Below the pieces are notes generated by a model that was not told the origin of the DNA, ran no database searches, and worked only from the letters and a program-made list of their open reading frames with translations. A stretch of 64,000 nucleotides of DNA from Candidatus Saccharimonadales bacterium. Its GTDB lineage: Bacteria; Patescibacteriota; UBA1384; 2-12-FULL-50-11. This document shows, piece by piece, positions 9,094 through 16,610 of this stretch; position 1 is the stretch's first letter, and each line of letters starts with the position of its first letter. The position numbers and the translations under genes were made by a program. The stretch spans positions 85,514 to 149,513 of the forward strand of contig DATIHX010000003.1 in the NCBI GenBank assembly GCA_035480235.1. The letters run 5' to 3'.

Positions 9094-9127
9094 AAAGCCC
9101 AGCTCCAGTTTTTTAAGCTGGGCTGGG
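9094..9127 (-). terminator. Hairpin terminator, copy 2 of the duplicated 35-nt unit
   Basis: Same sequence as 8687-8722, with TTTTCTTT following on the minus strand. It lies downstream of 9214..9585. Confidence 0.6.
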
Positions 9128-9213
9128 GGTGGGGTCGGGGCTTGAAACCTGGGTTGGCCGGGTGACCGGTGGGATATCGGGTGGCGGCGTTTCCAACCAG
9201 GGGATGTCCTTGG

Positions 9214-9585
9214 TCATGCGCCTGCCGGTTGCTTGGCCTTGAGGGCGCAATCGAAGCTCGCGTTCATGATAGCGAGGAAACCATCCCCATAGGGTATGTA
9301 AGAGATAGCCCGATTAATTTGAAGCAAGATGATGCCCTGATCCCAGTCGATCTCTTTATCTTGGCCATCATCGGTTTTGTTGAGATGAAGGATTGGGCCA
9401 AAATCTTCCAAGGGCCGGCCGCTGGCTTCAACGGCAGCTTTACCGCGAAGCGGCGGGATGTAGGGAGTGTCCCTGCCCTTTTCGGCATAGCTCATCACGA
9501 ATTCTTCAACGCCTTCTGGTGATGAGTCGAGTAGGGTGCTAATAATTCCTCGGTTGTGGCGGTGGTCGCGCAGTGTTTCGCTCAT
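9214..9585 (-). CDS. Hypothetical protein (123 aa)
   Basis: GGAGG lies 9 nt upstream of the ATG (MSETLRD…). No motif recognised. Confidence 0.5.
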   Translation of the reverse strand: MSETLRDHRHNRGIISTLLDSSPEGVEEFVMSYAEKGRDTPYIPPLRGKAAVEASGRPLEDFGPILHLNKTDDGQDKEIDWDQGIILLQINRAISYIPYGDGFLAIMNASFDCALKAKQPAGA

Positions 9586-9716
9586 TGTTTGAGCCTCCAA
9601 AATTTTGATGTACCTAACGGCGGCCGAAACCAGCGTTAGATTGAAATAATTCTAGCCGATTTCGGGCTAGACTTCAATCCCCTGGCAAAAGCCGCCCAGG
9701 TTGGTACAGTAAATGC

Positions 9717-11768
9717 ATGGGTCTTTTTTCAAGGCGGCGGCGCTACGGCTCCCGTCGCAAGAAGCGGGTGCCGACAATTTGGGATAATTTAGTTTGGGCG
9801 GTTGAGCCCGACACCGCTCGGGAAATTATCGCCGTTGTCCTGATTATCTTTGGCGCGCTGTTTGCCCTCGGCCTCTTTCATTTGGCCGGCAATTTCGGCG
9901 AAGTGTTTTTTAAGCTGGCCGGCAATTTGTTCGGCGTTTTGAAATTTGTGGTGCCGTTTGTCTTTTTATACACCGGCATTCGCTTGCTAATCGTCAAATC
10001 CGAAGTCCTTCGGGCCACCAGTGTTATCGGCGTCGTTTTGCTATTTCTCTTAATCCCCGCTCTGTTTAACGCCCAGGGCGGCTCGATCGGTATTGGCGTG
10101 GCTAACGTTTTTACCTCGATTCTCAGTAAAGTCGGCGGCTTTATCGCGCTCTTCGGCGCTACCATCGTCGCCTTGCTGCTGGCCTTTAACGTTTCGCTGC
10201 GCAGTTTGTATGAGCGCTTCCAATTCGGCGGTAAAGAGGGCCAGGGCGTCAAGATTAACGAGAACCCGCGGGTGCCAGTGCGGACTATGAAGCCAGAGCG
10301 CGGCGGTATGGGGACGGCCCTGGTGGCGGGCTCCGAAAACTGGCAGTTCCCGTCGCTGGATTTAATCGACTACTCGTCTTCCACCAAGGCGGAAGCTGGC
10401 GACATCGGCAAAAACGTTGAGGTTATTAAGAAGACTCTCAAAGACTTTGGCGTGGAGGTGGCGATGAGCGAAGTCAACGTCGGCCCAACGCTGACGCAGT
10501 ACACCTTGAAGCCGAGCGAAGGCGTCAAACTGAACACGATTACGGCCCGCTCCAACGATATCGCCCTGGCCCTGGCCGCTCACCCGATTCGGGTCGAAGC
10601 GCCGATTCCCGGCAAGAGCCTGGTTGGTATTGAGGTACCCAACAAAGTGGCAGCGATGGTTAGTTTGCGCGAGGTTTTGGAGGCGCCGGAATACAAAGAC
10701 GTTACATCGAATTTGGCCTTGGCCCTCGGCCGCGACGTCGCCGGCAAAGTGATGGTGGCTGATCTCAAAAAAATGCCGCACTTGCTGATCGCCGGCGCCA
10801 CCGGCAGCGGTAAATCGGTTTGTATGAACGCCATTTTGGTCAATTTATTGTATAAAAACGCGCCGTCGGACTTGCGCTTAATCCTGATCGACCCGAAGCG
10901 CGTCGAATTTGTGGAGTACAACGGCATCCCCCACTTGCTGACTAGCGTGGTGACCGAAACCGACAAGATTATTTCGACGCTGCGCTGGGCCGTCGCCGAG
11001 ATGGAACGCCGCTATCAAACCTTGGCGTCGCACAACAAGCGCAATATCGACGCCTTCAACGAGGCGATCCCGGACGGTGAGCAAAAGATGCCGTACATCG
11101 TGATTGTGATCGACGAATTAGCCGATTTAATGACCCAAGCCGCTAACGAAGTGGAAGCCTCGGTGGTCCGGATCGCCCAGATGGCCCGGGCCGTCGGAAT
11201 GCATTTGATCGTCGCTACCCAACGGCCGAGCGTGGACGTCATTACCGGTCTGATTAAAGCCAACATCCCGGCCCGAATCGCCTTTGCCGTCGCCTCGATG
11301 CCGGATTCGCGGACGATTTTGGACCAAGGCGGCGCCGACAAATTGCTCGGCCGCGGCGACATGCTGTATTTGAACTCCGATCAGCCGCAACCGCGTCGGG
11401 CTCAGGGCGTTTTCCTCAAAGACAAAGAGATTAAAGCCGTTACCGATTGGGTCAAATCCCAAGCCCCACCGGTCTACGACGACACTATCACCACCTACCG
11501 TTCGGCCGGCCACGGCAGCCACAGCGGCCTGGGCACCGGCGGCGACCACGATGGTGGCGGTGACGACGAGCTCTTCAACGACGCCCGCGATTTATGTATT
11601 CAAGCCGGCAAAGCCTCGGCTAGTTTGTTGCAGCGCCGCCTGAAAGTCGGCTACGCCCGCGCCGCTCGTCTCCTTGATCTGCTGGAAGCTGAGGGCATTA
11701 TTGGCCCAGCCGACGGCGCCAAACCCCGCGATGTCCTAGTCGCCCCCGACGACTACCAGGGATCGTAA
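9717..11768 (+). CDS. ftsK: DNA translocase FtsK/SpoIIIE
   Basis: N-terminal TM helices, Walker A GATGSGKS, …IVIDELADLM…, …ATQRPSVDVITG…, and a C-terminal gamma winged-helix (LLQRRLKVGYARAARLLDLLE). Confidence 0.95.
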   Translation: MGLFSRRRRYGSRRKKRVPTIWDNLVWAVEPDTAREIIAVVLIIFGALFALGLFHLAGNFGEVFFKLAGNLFGVLKFVVPFVFLYTGIRLLIVKSEVLRATSVIGVVLLFLLIPALFNAQGGSIGIGVANVFTSILSKVGGFIALFGATIVALLLAFNVSLRSLYERFQFGGKEGQGVKINENPRVPVRTMKPERGGMGTALVAGSENWQFPSLDLIDYSSSTKAEAGDIGKNVEVIKKTLKDFGVEVAMSEVNVGPTLTQYTLKPSEGVKLNTITARSNDIALALAAHPIRVEAPIPGKSLVGIEVPNKVAAMVSLREVLEAPEYKDVTSNLALALGRDVAGKVMVADLKKMPHLLIAGATGSGKSVCMNAILVNLLYKNAPSDLRLILIDPKRVEFVEYNGIPHLLTSVVTETDKIISTLRWAVAEMERRYQTLASHNKRNIDAFNEAIPDGEQKMPYIVIVIDELADLMTQAANEVEASVVRIAQMARAVGMHLIVATQRPSVDVITGLIKANIPARIAFAVASMPDSRTILDQGGADKLLGRGDMLYLNSDQPQPRRAQGVFLKDKEIKAVTDWVKSQAPPVYDDTITTYRSAGHGSHSGLGTGGDHDGGGDDELFNDARDLCIQAGKASASLLQRRLKVGYARAARLLDLLEAEGIIGPADGAKPRDVLVAPDDYQGS

Positions 11769-12560
11769 ATGTCTCATAACCCAGAATTAACCGGCATGGA
11801 GAATTTCTCTTTTTCGGAAGGGGTAATTTCAGCAAGCGAAATAAAGCTATTAAAAGATACCGCTGTGCATTTACTACCCACTCTTCAGGAGTGCATCAGA
11901 CGACGGGAGCAGATTGGGGATCTTAAGATTCACGAGCGTTACCCGGAAATAAAAACTCGCCTGACCGATGCTTACATTAGCCAGCATGGAAGCCAACCAG
12001 TTGGCGAAGCGGCCAGCGCAATTTACGTAGCTACTCAAAACGAAATATACGTCCCACTTGATAACGCACTTTTCCCCTTGGTTGAAGAGATGGAGGTTTA
12101 TCTAGATAGCCTAAATATCTGGAAACATAAGCTAACAACTGTTAATCAAGAAGCTCGCATTGAGAAATTCCCCCAACCAGAGAAATTTGATTCACTTTAT
12201 TATATAACTCCGGAAGGCGTGAGCCTCAGGCTAAAGCGCAGGCTTGTTCGAGACGAGGATGTACATGGGTTAGTTCAGCCCTATATGGAAAAGATATTTT
12301 TCAAAAACTACCAAAGCGAAGAAGTAAAAGAAGTCCCTGAGTTAGGGCTATCGGTTATTGAATACACTACAGCCGGTTTTGCAAAGTTGATGACCGGAAG
12401 CGCTGAGTTAGAGAAATACGAGTTTGCGGCCATTTCTCCACTGGCAGACCAAGAAAATTACCAGCAGCAAGTCACGTTAGATAACGGCAAGATCGTTACG
12501 CCGCCGGGACCTCTGATCGAGCATGGTGGGGATAATATTAACTATCTAAGTTCGCTTTGA
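11769..12560 (+). CDS. Hypothetical protein (263 aa, orphan, lower G+C)
   Basis: The ATG directly abuts the ftsK TAA (TAAATG). It is visibly AT-richer than its neighbours. No motif recognised. Confidence 0.55.
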   Translation: MSHNPELTGMENFSFSEGVISASEIKLLKDTAVHLLPTLQECIRRREQIGDLKIHERYPEIKTRLTDAYISQHGSQPVGEAASAIYVATQNEIYVPLDNALFPLVEEMEVYLDSLNIWKHKLTTVNQEARIEKFPQPEKFDSLYYITPEGVSLRLKRRLVRDEDVHGLVQPYMEKIFFKNYQSEEVKEVPELGLSVIEYTTAGFAKLMTGSAELEKYEFAAISPLADQENYQQQVTLDNGKIVTPPGPLIEHGGDNINYLSSL

Positions 12561-12594
12561 CGCCTCTCCAAAAGCGGTGTAGCGTGGATTCTGC

Positions 12595-13311
12595 ATGACC
12601 GGTTTTGTCACGAAAAAAATTAGCCGGCAACGGAGCCTCGGCGCCAATTTTAAGGCCGCCCGGACCAAGTTGGAGTGGACGCTCGAGCAAGCTGAAGTCG
12701 AAACCAAAATCTGCGCCAAATATTTACAAGCCCTGGAAGACGGCAACTACGCGTTGCTGCCGGCCGAGGCCTACAACATCGGTTATGTCCGGGGTTACGC
12801 CCGCGAGCTCAAACTCGATCAAGAAAAATCGGTCCAGGCCTACCGCGAAGAGCGCTCGCGCGAGCACTTTAGCCCCACCGCCAAACCAACGCTAATTTCG
12901 CCTAACCGGGCTCGCAACAATCACTTTTTCGTTACCCCCAAACTCATCGGTGCCGTCGTCGCCCTGGTTCTTTTTGGCGGCATGGTTACCTACGTCGCAT
13001 TGCAACTTCGAGCTTTCAGCCAGCCGCCGATGTTGGTAATCAGTAACGTGCCATCAGAACTGACTAGCACCAAAGATACGGTCGCTCTTCAGGGAAAGAC
13101 GACGGCTGGGGCAGTGGTCGCCATTAACGCCGAGCCGATTTTAGTGGCCGCCGACGGCAGCTTCAACCAAACCATTTCGCTGGCCCCAGGCGTTAACCAA
13201 ATCACCATCAAGGCGACCAGCCGGGCCCAGCAGGCTAGCCAAAAGACCATCAGCGTGCTTTACAACCAGCAGGGGCTTGCCAGCCTGCCCCAAAGTGGTA
13301 CGAAAGAGTAG
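12595..13311 (+). CDS. Helix-turn-helix membrane protein, RodZ-like
   Basis: N-terminal HTH (LGANFKAARTKLEWTLEQAEVETKICAKYLQALEDGNY…LPAEAYNIGYVRGYA), a single TM helix, and an extracytoplasmic beta-rich C-terminus. Confidence 0.65.
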   Translation: MTGFVTKKISRQRSLGANFKAARTKLEWTLEQAEVETKICAKYLQALEDGNYALLPAEAYNIGYVRGYARELKLDQEKSVQAYREERSREHFSPTAKPTLISPNRARNNHFFVTPKLIGAVVALVLFGGMVTYVALQLRAFSQPPMLVISNVPSELTSTKDTVALQGKTTAGAVVAINAEPILVAADGSFNQTISLAPGVNQITIKATSRAQQASQKTISVLYNQQGLASLPQSGTKE

Positions 13312-13433
13312 CTGGGAAGAAGTTTTCAATTCTCAGTTTCCAGTTTCCAAACAGGGAAATTTGGAAGATTATCTAGTTGCAATTTTGTTCGGTAATTGTA
13401 CGCTTATTATTGAAGCTATAAAGGAGACTAATC

Positions 13434-14519
13434 ATGGCCAAGAAGAAAGACGATACCGACAACTTAAGTAAAGCCGAGAAACAGGCCAATACTTCTGGGC
13501 GCGAGTCGGCCTTGAAGGCGGCGCTCGACCAAATTGAAAAGCAGTTCGGTGCCGGCTCGATTATGCGGATGGGCGAGCAGACCCACTTGAATGTGGAAGT
13601 TATCTCTACCGGCTCGTTGGCGCTCGACGTCGCCCTGGGCGCCGGCGGTTTCCCCCGCGGCCGGATTATCGAAATTTACGGCCCGGAGTCTTCCGGTAAA
13701 ACGTCGCTCGCCCTTTCCGCTATCGCCGCTGCTCAAAAAACCGGTGGCTTAGGCGCCTTGGTGGACGCCGAACACGCCTTCGACCCGCAGTACGCCGCCA
13801 AACTTGGTGTCGACTTAGACCAGCTGCTTATCTCCCAACCCGATACCGGCGAACAAGCCCTGGAGATTGTGGAAACCTTAGTGCGCTCTAACGCCGTGGA
13901 CGTGATTGTGGTGGACTCGGTCGCTGCCCTGGTGCCGCGGGCCGAGATCGAAGGCGAGATGGGCGACAGCATGATGGGTGTGCAAGCTCGGTTAATGAGC
14001 CAAGCCTTGCGCAAACTGACCGGCGCCGTTTCCAAGTCCAAAACCGCCCTCATTTTCATTAACCAAATCCGGATGAAAATCGGCGTGATGTTCGGCAACC
14101 CGGAAACCACCCCCGGCGGTAACGCGCTGAAATTCTACTGTTCGGTTCGCCTGGATATCCGCCGAGCCGAGCAAATTAAAGACGGCGAGACGCCGATCGG
14201 TAACCGCGTTCGGGTAAAAGTGGTTAAAAATAAGATCGCGCCGCCGTTCCGCGTCGCCGAATTTGACTTAATGTTCGACTCCGGTATATCTAAAGAAGGG
14301 GACCTGCTGGAGCTTGGCGCTAAGATGGGCATCATCGAAAAAAGCGGCTCCTGGTTCCAGTACAACGAGATGAAGCTTGGGCAGGGACGGGAGGCTGCCA
14401 AAGCGTTTCTCAAGGGGGACGTGGCCCTGGCCAAAGAACTAGAGGCGAAAATTAGAAGCGGCGAAGCCGCCTCTAACCCTATTGTTGAAACGCCCGAGGA
14501 AACTGACGAGGAAGAATAG
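13434..14519 (+). CDS. recA: Recombinase RecA
   Basis: Canonical RecA sequence: [19 protein letters not shown], …[20 protein letters not shown]…, …[29 protein letters not shown]. Confidence 0.98.
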   Translation: MAKKKDDTDNLSKAEKQANTSGRESALKAALDQIEKQFGAGSIMRMGEQTHLNVEVISTGSLALDVALGAGGFPRGRIIEIYGPESSGKTSLALSAIAAAQKTGGLGALVDAEHAFDPQYAAKLGVDLDQLLISQPDTGEQALEIVETLVRSNAVDVIVVDSVAALVPRAEIEGEMGDSMMGVQARLMSQALRKLTGAVSKSKTALIFINQIRMKIGVMFGNPETTPGGNALKFYCSVRLDIRRAEQIKDGETPIGNRVRVKVVKNKIAPPFRVAEFDLMFDSGISKEGDLLELGAKMGIIEKSGSWFQYNEMKLGQGREAAKAFLKGDVALAKELEAKIRSGEAASNPIVETPEETDEEE

Positions 14520-14532
14520 CCTATCGATGATT

Positions 14533-14690
14533 CGCTCCGAAATATTCTTCTCCGCCGATACATCTCTTCGGGCCTGCGCCCTCATCGAACTTGTAGTCGC
14601 CTGGCCACTCCGGCACTATCCTACGGATTAGCGTGCCGGAGACCAGCTGGCTGGCGGCTCACAGGATCGGCGGAGAAGATATTTCTTCGC
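14533..14690. repeat. Inverted-repeat-bounded, roughly 158-nt element in the recA-recX spacer (structured RNA or MITE-like)
   Basis: The 5' arm GCTCCGAAATATTCTTCTCCGCCGAT (14533-14558) pairs with the 3' arm ATCGGCGGAGAAGATATTTCTTCGC (14666-14690). An inner hairpin CTCCGGCAC…GTGCCGGAG is also present. Confidence 0.5.
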
Positions 14691-14714
14691 TGAACTCCGC
14701 AGCAACGTTAGAAA

Positions 14715-15185
14715 ATGAAACCTAAAAACGACCCGCTCAAATACGCGCTTTATCTTTTGGGCAGGCGGGGGCGGACGAAATACGAGCTTAAATCAAAATT
14801 ATTTGAAAAAGGTTACGAGACCGAAGCGATTGAGGCGACGCTGAAGCGGTTGGAAGAGTTGACGCTTTTAGACGACAAAACCTACGCCGAACTCTACGCT
14901 CGCGACAAAGTGGCGATTTACCGGCGCGGCCGGTACCGGATCGGCTTGGAACTCCGCCGGAAAGGCGTCGACAAAGAGCTGGTCGAGGCGGCGGTGGAGA
15001 CGATCGACGAGGCAGACGAGCTGGCGGCGGCCATCAGCTTACTCAAAGGCCGGCAGCGGGCTTGGAAAGATCTCCACGAACGAAAACGTTTCGAGCGCTC
15101 GACTCACCTACTCCAGCGCCGCGGCTTCAGCGGCAAAATTATTCGACAAGCGATCGAAGTCTGGGAGTCGGGCCAAGATTTCTAA
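14715..15185 (+). CDS. recX: Recombination regulator RecX
   Basis: The gene is 156 aa and sits downstream of recA. It has a repeated helical pattern (…YALYLLGRRGRTKYELKSKLFEKGY…IEATLKRLEELTLLDD…YA…). Confidence 0.8.
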   Translation: MKPKNDPLKYALYLLGRRGRTKYELKSKLFEKGYETEAIEATLKRLEELTLLDDKTYAELYARDKVAIYRRGRYRIGLELRRKGVDKELVEAAVETIDEADELAAAISLLKGRQRAWKDLHERKRFERSTHLLQRRGFSGKIIRQAIEVWESGQDF

Positions 15186-15209
15186 AAAAAGCGCGCTCTG
15201 AGAGCGCGC
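15184..15209. terminator. Hairpin terminator between convergent genes
   Basis: A-run followed by GCGCGCTC-tga-GAGCGCGC. On the minus strand the A-run reads as a T-run after the stem. Confidence 0.6.
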
Positions 15210-15215
15210 GTGCCA

Positions 15216-15776
15216 CTAGGGCAAAAGATAGTCGAAGAACAGATTGTAGTGCATTACCGAGTCAGGCTGGACGTCCACAGACAGGTAGTCGGTAACATCG
15301 CGTGGCTCGCTACACCACTCATAGCGAATTGCCATCGGGCTGGTAGTGTACTTGCCGCCGAGCGGTACGCCGTTGCCCAATACAAACCGCCGTTCGTAGG
15401 CGTTAAGCGATTTGAGCATTTTTCGGGCAGCAACTGGTTGGTGGGCGCCGGTCAACGACTGATAGAAGTCGGCGTCGTTATTGCTGCCGTCTGCCCCGTG
15501 TAGCCGTGTTATGAGCGCTTTCGCTCGGCCGTCCCGGACCACAATCAGTGAAACAAGCGGCTCAAACTCTTGTTGGTGAGCCGTCTGCTGGTGGGCTAAG
15601 ACGCCAAGAGTGTGTTCAAGGGCCAGCTTTGGCGGCAACTGGTACGGCAACTTATCGCTAATGTAGCTGTAGTTGGCTGACATAGTTGTCCAGCTCATCA
15701 CGCGGCCCTGTAAGGCCTGACCAACTGCAAAATGGCAAACAAATACTGTTAGTAAAAGAGCAAAAACTTTCATCAC
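15216..15776 (-). CDS. Secreted hypothetical protein
   Basis: N-terminal signal peptide MMKVFALLLTVFVCHFAVGQA. No other motif. Confidence 0.55.
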   Translation of the reverse strand: MMKVFALLLTVFVCHFAVGQALQGRVMSWTTMSANYSYISDKLPYQLPPKLALEHTLGVLAHQQTAHQQEFEPLVSLIVVRDGRAKALITRLHGADGSNNDADFYQSLTGAHQPVAARKMLKSLNAYERRFVLGNGVPLGGKYTTSPMAIRYEWCSEPRDVTDYLSVDVQPDSVMHYNLFFDYLLP

Positions 15777-15834
15777 GCCTCCTTCAGCGGTGAATTACCT
15801 CTAGTTTACAGAATATGTTATAAAGAGTCAAGAG

Positions 15835-16584
15835 ATGAGGCGGCTACTTTCGGCTCGGCAATGGTTGATCTTGGGGATAGCAGTTTTAGTGATCGGCGGC
15901 GGAGTGTTAGTGGCGCGACGCTTGGGCTACCTCCACGCGGCCGGCGTCTTGGCCGGTGATCCGATCACCTGTGACCAGGCGACGGACCAGTGGCTGGTCG
16001 TCCATAAAGATACGTTGGATAGTGTCACCGGCGATGTCTGCGACGAAATCCGGGTTAAGACTCGAGAAAAATTTGCCTTCGCTCACTTTAATGGCCAGTG
16101 GCGCCACTGGCTTGGCTTCTCTGGTACGCTCCTTCGTCACACCCTGGAGGAACAGAAAACAGAAAAAACGGTTGTCACTGGTACCGCCGATGCCAACGGC
16201 AACTGCTCCAAAAACGTCACCACCACCGTAACAAAGTTTCACTACACATCGGTGACCTATAGCGTCAGTGTGGAAAATGGTATATATACTTTCGACCAAG
16301 ACAGTTTCTTGCGCTACCTCCACTTGGCTTACCCAGACATTTCCTCTTCGGCGACGCTAGCCGAGATCGCTAACCTTAAAGGCATTGGTTGGCTCGATAA
16401 TTTGGTTATGACCTACATTGAAAAGTTTATTTATAGCGGCACCGGCATTAATAAATTTAAGTTTGACCCGAGGAAGTTTAGGGATTGCGGCAGCCGAACA
16501 ACTAAAGATAACCCGCTAGTGATTCTCGACCCCAGCAAGTGCCCGTGCAAGCCAAGCGGTGGCGGTGGTAGCACCTCCGGCTAA
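15835..16584 (+). CDS. Membrane-anchored hypothetical protein with a Cys-containing ectodomain
   Basis: N-terminal TM helix (WLILGIAVLVIGGGVLV) and a C-terminal GGGGSTSG tail. Confidence 0.55.
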   Translation: MRRLLSARQWLILGIAVLVIGGGVLVARRLGYLHAAGVLAGDPITCDQATDQWLVVHKDTLDSVTGDVCDEIRVKTREKFAFAHFNGQWRHWLGFSGTLLRHTLEEQKTEKTVVTGTADANGNCSKNVTTTVTKFHYTSVTYSVSVENGIYTFDQDSFLRYLHLAYPDISSSATLAEIANLKGIGWLDNLVMTYIEKFIYSGTGINKFKFDPRKFRDCGSRTTKDNPLVILDPSKCPCKPSGGGGSTSG

Positions 16585-16610
16585 CGAGAACGTCTGCTAC
16601 ACTAAATTAA

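Noticed and set aside
8686-9127. Integron-like gene cassettes with attC sites (two promoterless-looking orphan ORFs, each followed by the same imperfect palindrome).
   Set aside because: The hairpin lacks the R''/R' core sites (RYYYAAC/GTTRRRY) and the extrahelical-base architecture. No intI is present. The hairpin plus T-run is fully explained as a terminator.
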